Shown: positions 1 to 14,482, counted from the first letter of the whole stretch. The stretch: 63,961 nt of DNA, filler included, from Octopus bimaculoides (GCF_001194135.2; 6 parts of 5 records of this genome joined end to end with filler, not necessarily neighbours in it); one strand, 5' to 3'. Numbers and translations are program-made. Notes: generated from the letters alone by a model not told the origin.

Positions 1-222
1 TGAGTAAAGAATGACTGAGTAAAGAATGACTGAGTAAAGAATGACTGAGTAAAGAATGTATGAGTAAAGAATGATTGAGTGAAGAATGACTGAGTAAAGA
101 ATGACTGAGTAAAGAATGATTGAGTAAAGAATGATTGAGTGAAGAATGACTGAGTAAAGAATGATTGAGTAAAGAATGATTGAGTGAAGAACGACTGAGT
201 AAAGAATGACTGAGTAAAGAAT
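1..222. repeat. 15-bp minisatellite (TGAGTAAAGAATGAC/T)n, about 14 copies, cut by window start
   Basis: Unit read directly; variants GAC/GAT and TAAA/TGAA. Confidence 0.95.
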
Positions 223-427
223 AGAATTTAGGGCGTAAGACCTGGAGCAAGAATGTGGGTGTAGGAGTGGTTTTAAACTAGTGAGGCATAGTTTGGCTGT
301 TCCGGATAAGTGAGAATGTTGGTATGTTGTAGTAATGGCAGAGAACAGACGGAGGACGATGCAGCACATCGCTGGTTTAGCAATTATGGAGTAATGAGAG
401 AAGCGTTACACGTATTAGTCGATTAAT

Positions 428-570
428 CTGTGCTTCACATATTTGTTGGATAATCTGTCCCAGAGGCTTCACATATTTGTCGGATAATGTGTCCTAGAGG
501 CTTCACATATTTGTCGGATAATCTGCTCCAGATGTTTCTCGTGTTTGTCGGATAATCTGTGCTGGATGTT
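428..570. repeat. Degenerate ~34-bp tandem array, about 4 copies
   Basis: CATATTTGT(T/C)GGATAAT(C/G)TGT(C)C(C/T)AGAGGCTTCA recurs, diverging towards 3'. Confidence 0.8.
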
Positions 571-722
571 TTCACTAAAATGTTCTTCATGATAAAATCC
601 ACACACCTTTGAATTTCTCATTCAAATTTGGAGGAATAAATTTTATGTTGCTCAACATTTAGCCTGTTCAGTTTCATTTGCTTTGACTCTATAGTTCCTG
701 TGATATTTACATCTCAAATGAT

Positions 723-763
<41 letters not shown>

Positions 764-929
764 AGTTGTATGCTGTCAACTTAACGTGACAGTCCCATGA
801 AGGGAATCATATATATATATATATGTATACGTAATTTGGCCTCGACCATCGCGTGACAATAGGTGTTGGTTTGTTTATGTCCGTGTGACTTAGCATCTTG
901 ACAAAAGAGAGTCAACGGAATAGGTGCAT

Positions 930-1045
930 GACTTAAAAGATAAGTCCCTGAGTCGATTTGTTCGACTAAAACCTTTCGAAGTGGTGCTCCAGCATGGCCG
1001 CAGTCCAATGTCTGAAACAAGTTAAAGGTAAAAGATGAAAAATAA
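930..1045 (+). mobile_element. 3' fragment of the dominant SINE family (family A)
   Basis: GTCGATTTGTTCGACTAAAA...GTGCTCCAGCATGGCCGCAGTC.AATG.CTGAAACAAG matches the 3' end of the full copy at 50471-50935. Confidence 0.85.
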
Positions 1046-1078
1046 AAGAAGCTTCTTGTTCCACAAAATTCCCAAGAA

Positions 1079-1580
1079 ACCAACTTTTGTGCGCGCATAA
1101 AACATCTATTAACTGCTCCCGCAGCGTATGTGCGCGCGCACATGCGCACAATTTAACACGAACAGTGGCGCAATCGTTGTATTGTAGTAAACAAACGAAT
1201 TCATTATTCGTTAGCTTAGGCCTGCGAAGTCGAAGTACACGTCACCAACATTTCTTTCTCAATACCCTAGCAAGGGACAATTCCTAATCTCGTAACAACA
1301 AACCAACTTTTGTGCACATAAGAAACTTCTTTCTTAAGCTGTTTATATAACATATATGTGCGCGCATGACCGCACATTTAAATAAGACAGTGGCGAATTG
1401 ATGCATAGAGTCGATAAACCACGATTCCTTCCTCAAAAACCTAGAACTAATCATCTCTAATCTCGTAACAACGAACCAACTTTTGTGCGCACATAAAACT
1501 TGCCTCTTGCGTTGGTTGCATAACATGTGCGCGCGCACTGGCGCACAATTTATCTTGAACAGTGATGTAACCGATGTACG
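1079..1580. repeat. Three diverged CpG-rich ~170-220-bp repeat units
   Basis: AACCAACTTTTGTGC at ~1079, ~1301 and ~1474, each followed by GTGCGCGC...GC(A/G)CA(C/A)ATTTA...ACAGTG. Confidence 0.8.
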
Positions 1581-1939
1581 ATAGTTGGGTTGACAAATGA
1601 ATTTACTATTGATAAGCTGTACAACTCAGAAGCTTGTTCATCTTCTCTCTTTCTTTCCCTCTCTCCCTCTCTCTCTCCCGCTCTCTCTCACTGTCTCCCT
1701 CTGTGTCTCCTTTGTATGGCCAATGAGTTATAAAAAAAAATTGTCATGTTGATTACAAGAAATTTGAAAACGAACTCCAATCAAATTGTGAGAATATCAA
1801 AAGAGTTGACGAACGCTGTTAATTAGTTGAGGTAAAAATCGATAACAACATACTAACGAACAGGACTTGTAAAACATGGAATCAGATTTTTCTATCGATT
1901 CACAACAATTACGTATGTATTTGCAATACGAGCACAATA

Positions 1940-1941
1940 AG

Positions 1942-1986
<45 letters not shown>

Positions 1987-2010
1987 GACACACACACACA
2001 AACACACACA

Positions 2011-2042
<32 letters not shown>

Positions 2043-2237
2043 GACTCATATATACAGATATGCATGCATGCATACATTCACACATATACATACATATGTA
2101 TGGATATATGTATATAATACACACACACACAAATACACACACACACATTCATATATACAGATATGCATACATACATATACAGATATACATACATATGTAT
2201 GCATGTATGTATGTATGTATGTATGTATGTATGGATG

Positions 2238-2329
<92 letters not shown>

Positions 2330-2510
2330 CATGCACACACACGCTCGCACACGTGTACATATCTACATGCATACATACACATATATACATACATATGCAT
2401 GGATGTATGTATAGATATATGTATATAGTATACACACACAGACACATAGACACACACATATATATATATACACACACGCATGTGTACACGTGTGTATGTA
2501 CTGGGGAGGG
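1940..2510. repeat. Compound (CA)n/(TA)n/(TATG)n microsatellite field; similar fields occur throughout the window
   Basis: Read directly; accounts for the HT/CV/YI low-complexity ORFs. Confidence 0.95.
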
Positions 2511-2779
2511 TGGATACAGGCATACCTGCTTCATATTACTCCGTACATAAACTTTTATTTACTCTCATATAAATATTGTTTGCGTAAGCCCGTTCTGTTT
2601 TGATTTAAAATATAAACACACACACACACACACACAATACACACCCATACACACACACGCACACACGAGCGCATGCGCACACACAAACTCGCGCTCACAT
2701 ACACAAACATGCACGCACACACGCGCATACAATCACGCGCACACGTAAAGACAAACACACATACACAAACATGCAAAGA

Positions 2780-2826
<47 letters not shown>

Positions 2827-3204
2827 ACATACAAACACATTGATAAACAATACATGCTGAAGTACGCAAATTTTAGATCCACGTAGTTTTCATTTTTATC
2901 ACTTTCTGTATCTGCCTCTCTCTCTCTCTCTCTCTCTCTCTCTCNNNNNNNNNNNNNNNNNNNNNNNNNNNNNNNNNNNNNNNNNNNNNCTCTCTTTCTC
3001 TCTCTCTTTCTCCCTCTCTTACACAAACATATACACACATAGACAATCACAAACACATAAGCACTCACACGTACACACAAGCGCACAAATACACACTCAC
3101 TGATGATATTATGTAAAAAAAAAATATGAGAGAACGAACTGATGTTCGAATCCAAGAAATTCTCTTTTGATATTTATCCTTATAATAATAAAAATAAATA
3201 AATA

Positions 3205-3262
<58 letters not shown>

Positions 3263-3264
3263 TT

Positions 3265-4400
3265 AGAAATTGATATTGATCTTGGCCGAAGACCTCCAGA
3301 CGACTTCAGAATCTCCTGCAACTCTTCTGGACGGTCTCGTTGTTTTAGTTGGTGAATGCTGCCATAATCAATGCCTTCAATTCATCTTTGGTGTTACAAG
3401 GAGTTTTGTTGGTCTCTCGCTCAACAACGCCTCACACACAATAATCAGGTGGCCAGATGTCAGGGGTGATGTGGTCGCAGAAATTGTCTGACAGCCATGA
3501 CTAAGTTTTCCTGCTTGTGTGGCATAGTGCAGAGTCCTGTTACCAGAGATAGGCTCTTTCAGCAGTCACCCCCTTGACCTCGGGCAGCACTACCTCCTCC
3601 AGGCACTTGATGTATGCCTCTGTGTTGAGTGTGAGGCCATGTGGGAAGATGAATGGAGGCATAGCGTCGTTATCAATAGTGATCACTCCAAACACTATGA
3701 TGTTGACTGGATGTTTGATTTTTATCACTCTCGGTACATATTTTGGGAACACGGCAAGCCAACAATTGTTCTGTGAGTTCACCATCTGATCCTGGTAGAA
3801 AGTTTTCTCGCCTAAGAAAACCAAAGCATGTTCAGTTGTAGGGGTTGTTTAAGTTTGTTGAAAAGCTTCGTAGTGCGGTCTTTCCTCTTGTCCTTGATGG
3901 CATGGGATAAAAATTGGCAATCTCTCGTCTTGTATGAGGAATACTGAAAATCTTCATGCACTACCAGCCTGTTAAGAAACTCAGACACTATCATGTCCCT
4001 GGCGACGGACCCGATCGACTTGGAGAGATCGTTGTCAACCATGGCCTGGATCTCAGCAAAAAATTCAGAAGTTCTTTCCTTATGAGAATGATCAGGGTGA
4101 GTTTTTCGAGCTGCCGTACCTTCGTAATCGCCATTAGACTCATCCAACTCTTTCTGAATCCTCTGCACTGTTCTCAGATTGATACCCAAACATTCTGAAA
4201 AGTTCGTATTGGAGCTTCTGATGCGAATGCAAAGAAGTACATGACTTTTCCAAATTTCTGGTAGAATGAATTGCGTCATAGTGGTGTTTTTCTCACAAAC
4301 AATGTCGCCTAACTGACTCTACAATACTGTGTAGTCGACAAAACCAAAACAATGCGCATGCGCGAAAATAAAAATATAGAATGTTAACAATTTACCATTT
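3265..4400 (-). mobile_element. Decayed Tc1/mariner-superfamily transposon, maT (DD37D)-like
   Basis: ORFs 3812-4279 (HTH region) and 3540-3824 (KHPVNIIVFGVIT...AYIKCLEEVVLP) continue as QDSALCHTSRKT*SWL...WPP-DYCV*GVVE; several stops and a frameshift; TIRs not identified. Confidence 0.8.
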
Positions 4401-5335
4401 GCCTAAGAATGCAGCATACCGCCGGGAATCGAACTCAAGAACTTACGATAATGAGCCCTATCTATATGTTTACATGCAGGTATGATAAATTCAATACATG
4501 TCCATACACTGATAAATGCATCATATTTAGCTGCATAAATATAAGTGTTTACATTATGTTCTCTTGTTAAAGATATACACGAAAATATACAGAAGTATAA
4601 AGATATTGTTCCAATTGCATACACGTTCGTTTCTATCTGATGTGACTAATTGCCTCACGTGAGGACACCCTCTAATTAGGCTTGCAACCTGCCGCTAAAT
4701 ATTTATATTTTTTTGTTATTTCTAGATTCTTTTGGTTTTCTTTTTCTTTCTTTTTTCTTTTTCTTTCTTTTTTCTTTTTTATGTTTTATTTTTGAAAATA
4801 GTTTCAGTACTTTAATGAGAACTAAATGATTAACATGGTAAACTCATTTGATGTTTATTTAAACATGACAACTATAAACATTTAAAATAGTTGGTTGAAG
4901 CATAAATTATTTTTGCATTTGGAGCCAACTCCCTTCGAAACAGAGAGGAGCTGTAACATACACACACACATACATACATACATACATACATACATACATA
5001 CATACATTCATACATACATATATACATACATACATATATACATACATACATACATACTTACATACATACATACATACATTCATACATACATATATACATA
5101 CAAACAAACAAACATACATACATACATATATACATACATACATACATACTTACATACACACATACCCACATCCATGAATACATATCTGTGTGATTATGTA
5201 TAAATGCATATATTACACACACAGATATATATACAGGTATCTAGTTTTGGGAGGTTCTGGGGAATATATATATATATATGTGTGTGTGTATGTATATGAG
5301 TGTAGACATATATACATTTAAATTTATATGTATGC

Positions 5336-5388
<53 letters not shown>

Positions 5389-5758
5389 ACAAATGAAATA
5401 TAATATAAAATAATAATATATATATATATATATATAATACACATACACTCTCATGTATATATATATGTTTGTATATTTGTATGTATGTATGTGGTAATAA
5501 ATGGCTGAATCTGGGAAAGTTGGGTGTCGGCGGATTTCATCATGAAAGAGATAATCGCGCTTAAATTGGGAGGGTCTAAAGTGGATGCCTAAAGGAAAAG
5601 CATTTGAAAATTCCTTTGAAGATGGTAATAAAGAATTTTATTTTTGTAATTATTGATTGCATTCAGAACCAGTCAAATCGTGACCTTCACACGTTACTGG
5701 AAACACAAAAGGTTGTGTACTTCATGGACAAAGCTAATTTAATTTTTTGAATAATTTA

Positions 5759-5796
<38 letters not shown>

Positions 5797-6103
5797 TATT
5801 TATTTTTTTTATTATTATTATTAGTTTTGGTTTGATGGTTTTTGCAATGGATATTAACTGTATAACATGACATTAAATCTATTTTTTTAATATTATTCAA
5901 AAACCGAGGCAGTTCTACTGTAGGAATGGTAACGCATCCTGTGCTAGAATTTTATCTTTAGTTTCCTTATGTCGAAATGCGTTCATAGTTGATGTTATTC
6001 TTTCATGCTTTTTATTTTCCATCTCTGTAGTCCTGAATGAATCATACATTGTCTGGGAGGTAAATTCCGTCAAGAAAAGTATCTCTACAAATTTGTGGCC
6101 TTG

Positions 6104-7320
<1,217 letters not shown>

Positions 7321-7557
7321 CTACTACAAGAATGTTTTTCCTTTCCTTCGAAATCTTTGCAATCGTTACTCATCTATTTTTTTTCTATATGTCTTTCTGT
7401 TTATATCCGTGCTGCCCCCTTTTCACTAATGAGAAAAACCTGTTATTGTTAATAAGGATGATGATGATAATGATGATGATGATAATGATGATGATGATAA
7501 TAATAATAGCAGCAACACGAACAACAACAACCACAGTAACAATCCTTTTCTACTATA

Positions 7558-7740
7558 GGCACAAGGCCTGATATTGAGGGTGGGGTAAGTCGATTACATA
7601 GACCCCAGTGTTTAACTGGTGGTTAATTTATCGACCCCGAAAGGATGAAAGGCAAAATCGACCTCGGCGGAATTTGAACTTAGAACGTGAAGACAAACGA
7701 AATACGGCTAAGCATTTCGCCCGTCGTGCTAACGTTTCTT
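7558..7740 (-). mobile_element. tRNA-derived SINE, family B
   Basis: Reverse complement of head AGAATCGTTAGC...GAGTTCAAATTCCGCCGAGGTCGA; same family at ~18920-19080, 22318-22530, 23075-23290, 26905-27010 and 40043-40250. Confidence 0.85.
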
Positions 7741-8649
7741 ATTTCTTTATTGCCCACAAGGGGTTAAACATAGAGGGGACAAACAAGGACAGNNNNNNNN
7801 NNNNNNNNNNNNNNNNNNNNNNNNNNNNNNNNNNNNNNNNNNNNNNNNNNNNNNNNNNNNNNNNNNNNNNNNNNNNNNNNNNNNNNNNNNNNNNNNNNNN
7901 NNNNNNNNNNNNNNNNNNNNNNNNNNNNNNNNNNNNNNNNNNNNNNNNNNNNNNNNNNNNNNNNNNNNNNNNNNNNNNNNNNNNNNNNNNNNNNNNNNNN
8001 NNNNNNNNNNNNNNNNNNNNNNNNNNNNNNNNNNNNNNNNNNNNNNNNNNNNNNNNNNNNNNNNNNNNNNNNNNNNNNNNNNNNNNNNNNNNNNNNNNNN
8101 NNNNNNNNNNNNNNNNNNNNNNNNNNNNNNNNNNNNNNNNNNNNNNNNNNNNNNNNNNNNNNNNNNNNNNNNNNNNNNNNNNNNNNNNNNNNNNNNNNNN
8201 NNNNNNNNNNNNNNNNNNNNNNNNNNNNNNNNNNNNNNNNNNNNNNNNNNNNNNNNNNNNNNNNNNNNNNNNNNNNNNNNNNNNNNNNNNNNNNNNNNNN
8301 NNNNNNNNNNNNNNNNNNNNNNNNNNNNNNNNNNNNNNNNNNNNNNNNNNNNNNNNNNNNNNNNNNNNNNNNNNNNNNNNNNNNNNNNNNNNNNNNNNNN
8401 NNNNNNNNNNNNNNNNNNNNNNNNNNNNNNNNNNNNNNNNNNNNNNNNNNNNNNNNNNNNNNNNNNNNNNNNNNNNNNNNNNNNNNNNNNNNNNNNNNNN
8501 NNNNNNNNNNNNNNNNAAACATTAATGTTTTTAGATCGCAGCGTCACAAAGCGATCCAAATCATTGCTATCGAGTCTGGTAAAAGTTGAATAAAGATTAA
8601 GACTATTCATATATTAGAAGTTCGTACGTGACGTTGGACGAATTCATGC

Positions 8650-8725
<76 letters not shown>

Positions 8726-9049
8726 ACTGTCCCCACGTCTTTTTAGCTGCGTAATAGACATTAAAGACGGATGAATCAGATATGAAGCGTGGATGATACT
8801 AGAAAATGCCAAGGAATCAGATAATCTCCATGATGACTGCACATAGTTTCCATAGCCATGATTACATCGCAAAAGTCTCCACATCTCTCTCTCTCTCTCT
8901 CTTTTTCTATTTTCTCTCTTTTCTTTTTGTCTCTTCCACTATCTATTATATTTAAACCATATAAAAACCGTTGATCCTCAATATAACTTGAAATTCTCCT
9001 GGTTCAAGACTAAAATTCTATATGGTATAGATAATAATATTATGAGCTC

Positions 9050-9725
9050 AGCTACTAAACAACAGGATTGCATAAACATATAGGAAAGCGGCCCTGAACT
9101 TTATAATGATATCAACCATGAGACCAAGGAGGTCGACTTTAGACTAGACATAGGGTGGAGGCCTTGGCGAAAAAGAGCCTTTATAATTATCAAAGACCAC
9201 AAACTGAACTTTACTTCCAGTCACAAATGTCATCTGATGAATGAATTCAGAGATTGGGTTGGTGAGCTAACACCTGCTTAGGAACATCAATAACGACTTT
9301 AAGAGGGTCTCTGGCCACACTTCTTTGGTGCAATACCAATGAGGTCATCATTTCAAAGCTAATAATGGCAAAGATAGAGCAAGGTTTTTCTAATTCTTTA
9401 TTGTGGACTTTGTACTCTCATTGAAAGTTCACAGCTCCGGTTCTACGGACATGTAGTAGGAAAGAAAGAATCGGAGGGTGAATTGTTGAAGCCGAGCCAA
9501 CGAGCAGGAGCCTTGGGGTAGACGAAGAACAAGTTTGCTGGATAATATCCATAGCCTCAGTTGGTCACGCTTGGGAATCCAACCGAAAGGTGTAATGGCG
9601 GTTGTCTCTGATAAGACATTATGGAGGAGGTTCCTGAGGTCTCTACTTCCATGACAGGGCCAAGAATAGTGGGAGGAGGAGATGAGCGAACGAATGGATG
9701 GATGGATGGATGGATTGATGGATAT
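9050..9725 (+). mobile_element. Decayed RTE-like LINE 3' end with (TGGA)n tail
   Basis: QLRFYGHVVGK (cf. RLRWYGHV.R) and ...SDKTLWRRFLRSLLP* at 9427-9655; upstream part poorly conserved. Confidence 0.6.
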
Positions 9726-9892
9726 ATCGAGGGGTTTGTTATATAGAGTGGTGGATTTTTCTGGGGCGTACACTGAGATTAGGGCTTAGGACGGTCATTA
9801 TCATTCACGCTGCAAAAGTCCTGCTATTCAACATATTTAGCCCAGTTAAAAACACATCGCAAAAGTTTCCTCATCTCTCTCTCTCACTCTCT

Positions 9893-10060
9893 CTTTTCTT
9901 CTTTCTCTCTTTTCTTCTTTCTCTCTTTTCTTCTTTCTCTCTTTTCTTCTTTCTCTCTTTTCTTCTTTNNNNNNNNNNTTTCTTCTTTCTCTCTTTTCTT
10001 CTTTCTCTCTTTTCTTCTTTCTCTCTTTTCTTCTTTCTCTCTTTTCTTCTTTCTCTCTTC
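9893..10060. repeat. 16-bp pyrimidine minisatellite (CTTTTCTTCTTTCTCT)n
   Basis: Read directly; contains a 10-N gap. Confidence 0.9.
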
Positions 10061-11034
10061 CATTATGAATATATCATTTCATCCACAAAATAACTCTTCA
10101 GGTTTTCACACGACCTAAAATAATCTCAACTCAGGAATATTGACGACATGTCTAAGAAGGAATACTTCTGAAAATGCACAAGCCCCCAATTTTTTCGATG
10201 AGATATAGAAAGCAGTTGCTGCCGTTCAGAGGCCAGATCCGATCGGGTAGATTTGTCCAGCCTTGACCTTTCCGTCAAGAACAGCATTTCAGACTGGTTA
10301 ATATTTCGGTAACCTTTCCGTTCTTCCATCTTTGCATGCTCAACTCCTGGTGGAATTGTAGGGTACCGTCAGAGTATACAGCGTGTCTCGGGTACTTTAA
10401 ACATAGTGAGAGAGAGGGAAAGAGAATGTAAGAGACAGAAAGAGAAAGAAAGAGAGAAAGAAAGAATTAAATTGGTACCATAGTTACAGACCGGAGATGA
10501 TGAAAAGGAAAGTTGGGTATTTTGAGGGAAAGATGGTTGCTTTTTGTCTCATTGCAAGCGACGACGTAGAGGCTTCCTCATTGGCTGCGCATAAAAATCA
10601 GTTTTTCTCTCAAAGAAGCGAGTCTTCAATACGAAAATACAGCGCAACTGTTGAACGGCCGTTTGGTATTCTCTATTGCCATTTCTTATCTGTCAACATG
10701 CCTCCAAATTAACCCAATTCTAGAAACTCTATCCTTTTGGAAACTCCTTTCTCAACTACATTCTTCAACACTGAAAAATGTATATTAATTGCTCTATCCT
10801 CATTCAGTTTGTCCTACCTCCTCCATTTAACGAGGCCTATGAAAGCTATGAGCTATGGCAATCCTTTTCTGGCCAGGAATATAAAGCATATAAACTGTCC
10901 TCACATGATTTCTTAATATTAATTTCTTTGTTACAATGGCTGTTATTGGATTTCGATTGTCAAAAGGGTGCAACCAGGATGTGCAAAAAAGATTAAGTCT
11001 GTATTTTGGGAAGAATTTATGAAAAAACACTCAG

Positions 11035-11206
11035 GGATGACTGTGTGGTCAAAGAGCTCGCTATGCAATCATATGCACGCGGGTTCACTTTTGATACGTG
11101 CCTTCTACTATAACCCCGGACCGGCCGATGCCTTGTGAATAAATTTGGTAGATGGAAACCACGTGGAAGCCCGTTCTGTGTATGTGTATCTGTGTGTGCA
11201 TACATG
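11035..11206 (+). mobile_element. Diverged 5' half of SINE family A, followed directly by the Tc1 element
   Basis: CTGTGTGGT...GGGTTCA...CTTCTACTATAACCCCGG...CCTTGTGAATAAATTTGGTAGATGGAAAC matches the head of 50471-50640. Confidence 0.7.
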
Positions 11207-11208
11207 TA

Positions 11209-12400
11209 CAGGAGTTGGACAAAATAATGGAAACACCTTAAAATTTCAGACAAATTCATTTGAAGATGGGATTGGACCGCCTTTGGCAGTAATTGCAGCT
11301 TGAATTCTACGAGGTATGGACTCGTACAAACTTTGAATTGTTTTCAAAGGAATTTTTGTCCATTCTTCAGTTAAAACAGTCTCCAGTTCTTGTAGTGATT
11401 ATGGTGGAGGATATCGACTCCTTACTTGTTTTTCTAAAATGCACCATAAATGTTCAATAATATTGTAATCTGGGGACTGTGGTGGCCAGATAAGATATTC
11501 AACTTCATTAGGATGTTCCTCGTGCTATTCAGTAACAAATTTAGCTGTGTGAATTGGTGCATTATCATCCTCAAAGATTGCGTTTCCCACCGGAAGCAGT
11601 TGCGCAAACATAGGATGAATTTGATCAGATGAAATGTTTAAATAGTCTTGACTATTAATTCTGCCTTGAAAGGAAACCATTGGGCCGGCCGATTTCCAAG
11701 ATATAGCCTCCCAGATCATCACAGATCCCCCTCCATGTTTAACAGTGGGAAGAAGGCAGTCTGGGTCAAATGTTTCTTTTGGCTGTCTCCACACGTATAC
11801 TCAGCTGGTGGTTGGAAATAAGGTTAAGGATGACTCATCTGAGAAAATAACATTCTTCCACTGTTCTAGGGACCAATTCTGTAGGTTTTTACTCAACTTT
11901 AAACGCTTTGCAACGTTTGTTTTTGAAAGTAGTGATTTTCTGATTGCAGTCCTCCCGTAAAATCCGGCTTTGTGCAGCTCCCGGCGAATAGTTTTTGTGG
12001 AAACTGGGTTCTCGAGGTGGCCATTAAGCTCTGCAGTAATTTTGGGAACTGTACTTTTGTGATCCTTTCTAACAATTCGCGTAAGTGTCCGATAGTCCCT
12101 ATCTGAAAGTTTTGGTTTTCTTCCAGAGTTTTGTTTCAACGAGGAGGTTTTTCCCTCTTTCTCAAAAGTTGTCGTTACTTTCGAGACAGAACTTCTTGAG
12201 ACACCAAACATTTCGGCTGTTTTCGTTACTCTAGCGCCTGCCATACGAGCACCGACAATTTGACCTCTTTGAAAGTCCGATAGATCTGTCATTTTAATGA
12301 ATTTTAATTACCTTTTTCTGATGATATCTGCAAAGAAACAGCAATTTTAGCAAAACATATTAAGCAACACTAATAATAAATAAAAAGACATAAAGATAAA
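11209..12400 (-). mobile_element. Tc1-like transposon, near full-length transposase pseudogene (11246-12292) with DD36E spacing
   Basis: MTDLSDFQRGQIVGARMAG..., FSDES, VKHGGGSVMIW, EDDNAPIH...WPPQSPDYNIIEHLW; three in-frame stops; TA followed by CAGGAGTTGGACAAAATAATGGAAACACC at 11209; matching TIR at the other end not seen. Confidence 0.95.
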
Positions 12401-13277
12401 CGAGCTCCCCCCTTCTCTCTCTATCCATTGTTTCCGCGGATGGTTTATGGGTTGGATGTAGCAATGAAGAAGGAATAATAACTTCCGACATATGCATATA
12501 CACTTATGACCTATTTATCTATCTTCGATCTCATTGTTTACCCAGACGTATTAGTATACGAAACTTTGTTACTTTCAATGTTGGCTCTAATTTTTATAGA
12601 AAATCTGTCGAGGTAACTTAAACGTAACTGTATCGCACTGCTAGCACAGGTAAGAAACAGAATTGACTTATAAACCTTTAATACACTTGGTGATATATTT
12701 ATGGTTGTAAAACAAAATACGTTATCTCTACCAGCTGCTAAAAATATAGTGTTTGCCCAGTGGTGATGCTTGGACAAAAAGAAAACCAATATTCTCAGGG
12801 AACTGAGGCTGTTGTTCGATCCCTTTTCCTAGGGACTCTCGTTCTTCATATGTTATTAAGTCGCTTTGGTTAAAAACCACCTCCAGGCTGGTCCTTAGGG
12901 ATGTGCATCGGATGGAGTTTATTCTGTAGGGAGCGTTCGGATCGGGTCACCGGATTGAAGATAATTTCGTCCCATCAGTTTCGGGAGTCCTGAAAATAGA
13001 ATAAAATAAAATAAAGGGTTGGCGGGGGGTGCTGTCCTTCCCTCTTTGATTAAACAAAACAAAACAAACAAACAAAACAAACAAACAAAACAAACTCATA
13101 AACATCTGCATTTGATATATTCTCACGTGCTTTCAACTTGTTATGCATCCTTCATATCACCCCACCTAATATCCATCACCGCCGCCACCACTACACCCCC
13201 ACCCCACCCAGCAACCACCACCACCACCACCACTGTCACCACCATCACGTCCACCATCGCAGAAGCCCCAGCCCTAA

Positions 13278-13323
<46 letters not shown>

Positions 13324-14382
13324 GTCATCATCATATTCATTGCCACCACCACCACCACCACCATCACCACCGTCACTGCTACTTGTATTACCACTGTTAC
13401 AACAACAACAATAACTACAATTACGACTGCCACCACCACCACCACCACCACCTTCACCAACACTACTACTCTCTTAATTCCCTATTACTGTTCATCTAAT
13501 GTACAAACAACCACAATTTTCCCTCTCTCCCTCCTCTCTCTATCTGTGTGTATGTATATATATATATGCACGCGCACACACACGCACACACACGCACACA
13601 CACACACACAAACACACATACACAAACACACGCACACACAGTCACGCAAGTAGACATACGTATACTTTACAGATTATAATTATTTGTTAACCATCGGAAT
13701 GATATTTCAGACAGTCTGGGATGTTTATAGCATTAATTAATTCAAATACCAAAACCGTTGCACTTACATCCGTGTAGACACAACTCGCAGAGTCGGACGG
13801 TTGGTGCCTTTTCGCCAAATGCTCATCCTCCCTTCCGCCACCACGCCGTTCCTTCCGTTCTGGTCCTAACCCAGCCACATTTAGCCTGACATTTTTCCAT
13901 CTCAGTATCAAAGAAAATGTCGTGTTACATCATCAAATCTTATGACTGGTTTATCAATGGAAGAAGAGGAAAAAAGCCGGGTAGACGGCCAAAGAAGAGG
14001 AGGATGAAAAAGCAGAGAGGCAGAAAGAAGGAGCGGCGGTGGCGGGTGCGGTGGCAGTTGCGGCGGCTGGTGGTGAAGTTGATAGCTGCTTTGCAGTAGA
14101 AGTATTAAATAAAGAACGGTAATGGAACTTTTTCTGCATTTACTACGATTCGATCTTGGGTGTTGAGAATTTTTTTTTGTAAGGATTGGATTCTATGAAG
14201 CTCTTGATTTTTTGGATTCTTCGATTTCTTCAAGTGATTGACTACTTGGAGTTTAAGATGCATCGAATGACAAAGCATATGCTATTCTTATCACTTTCTC
14301 TCTGTCTATCCAGCCTTTCTGTCTTTTTCAGAGTCAAGCACAAACACTAAGACACACACACATACATACACACACACACACA

Positions 14383-14423
<41 letters not shown>

Positions 14424-14482
14424 ACACGTATGTATGTTGACTAAACTGGCAATATGACCATCCCCAAGTACAACAATATATA

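Noticed and set aside
428-570. CRISPR-like array
   Set aside because: No unique spacers, no cas genes, eukaryotic context.
1797-2869. Dozens of long ORFs rich in HT/CV/YI/MY (also at 4.9-5.4, 13, 53, 56-58 and 63 kb)
   Set aside because: Translations of (CA)n, (TA)n, (TATG)n and trinucleotide microsatellites.
7608-8610. Long ORFs of 250-305 aa (also at 15.5, 30, 32.5, 43.7 and 56.5 kb)
   Set aside because: Mostly X residues from N gaps.
10620-10712. Harbinger-like motif (ATVERPFGIL)
   Set aside because: Single short motif with no other transposase features.
13917-14099. Basic protamine-like ORF (MSCY...RRGKKPGRRPKKRR...)
   Set aside because: Arises from purine-rich low-complexity sequence; other frames are equally open; no supporting gene structure.
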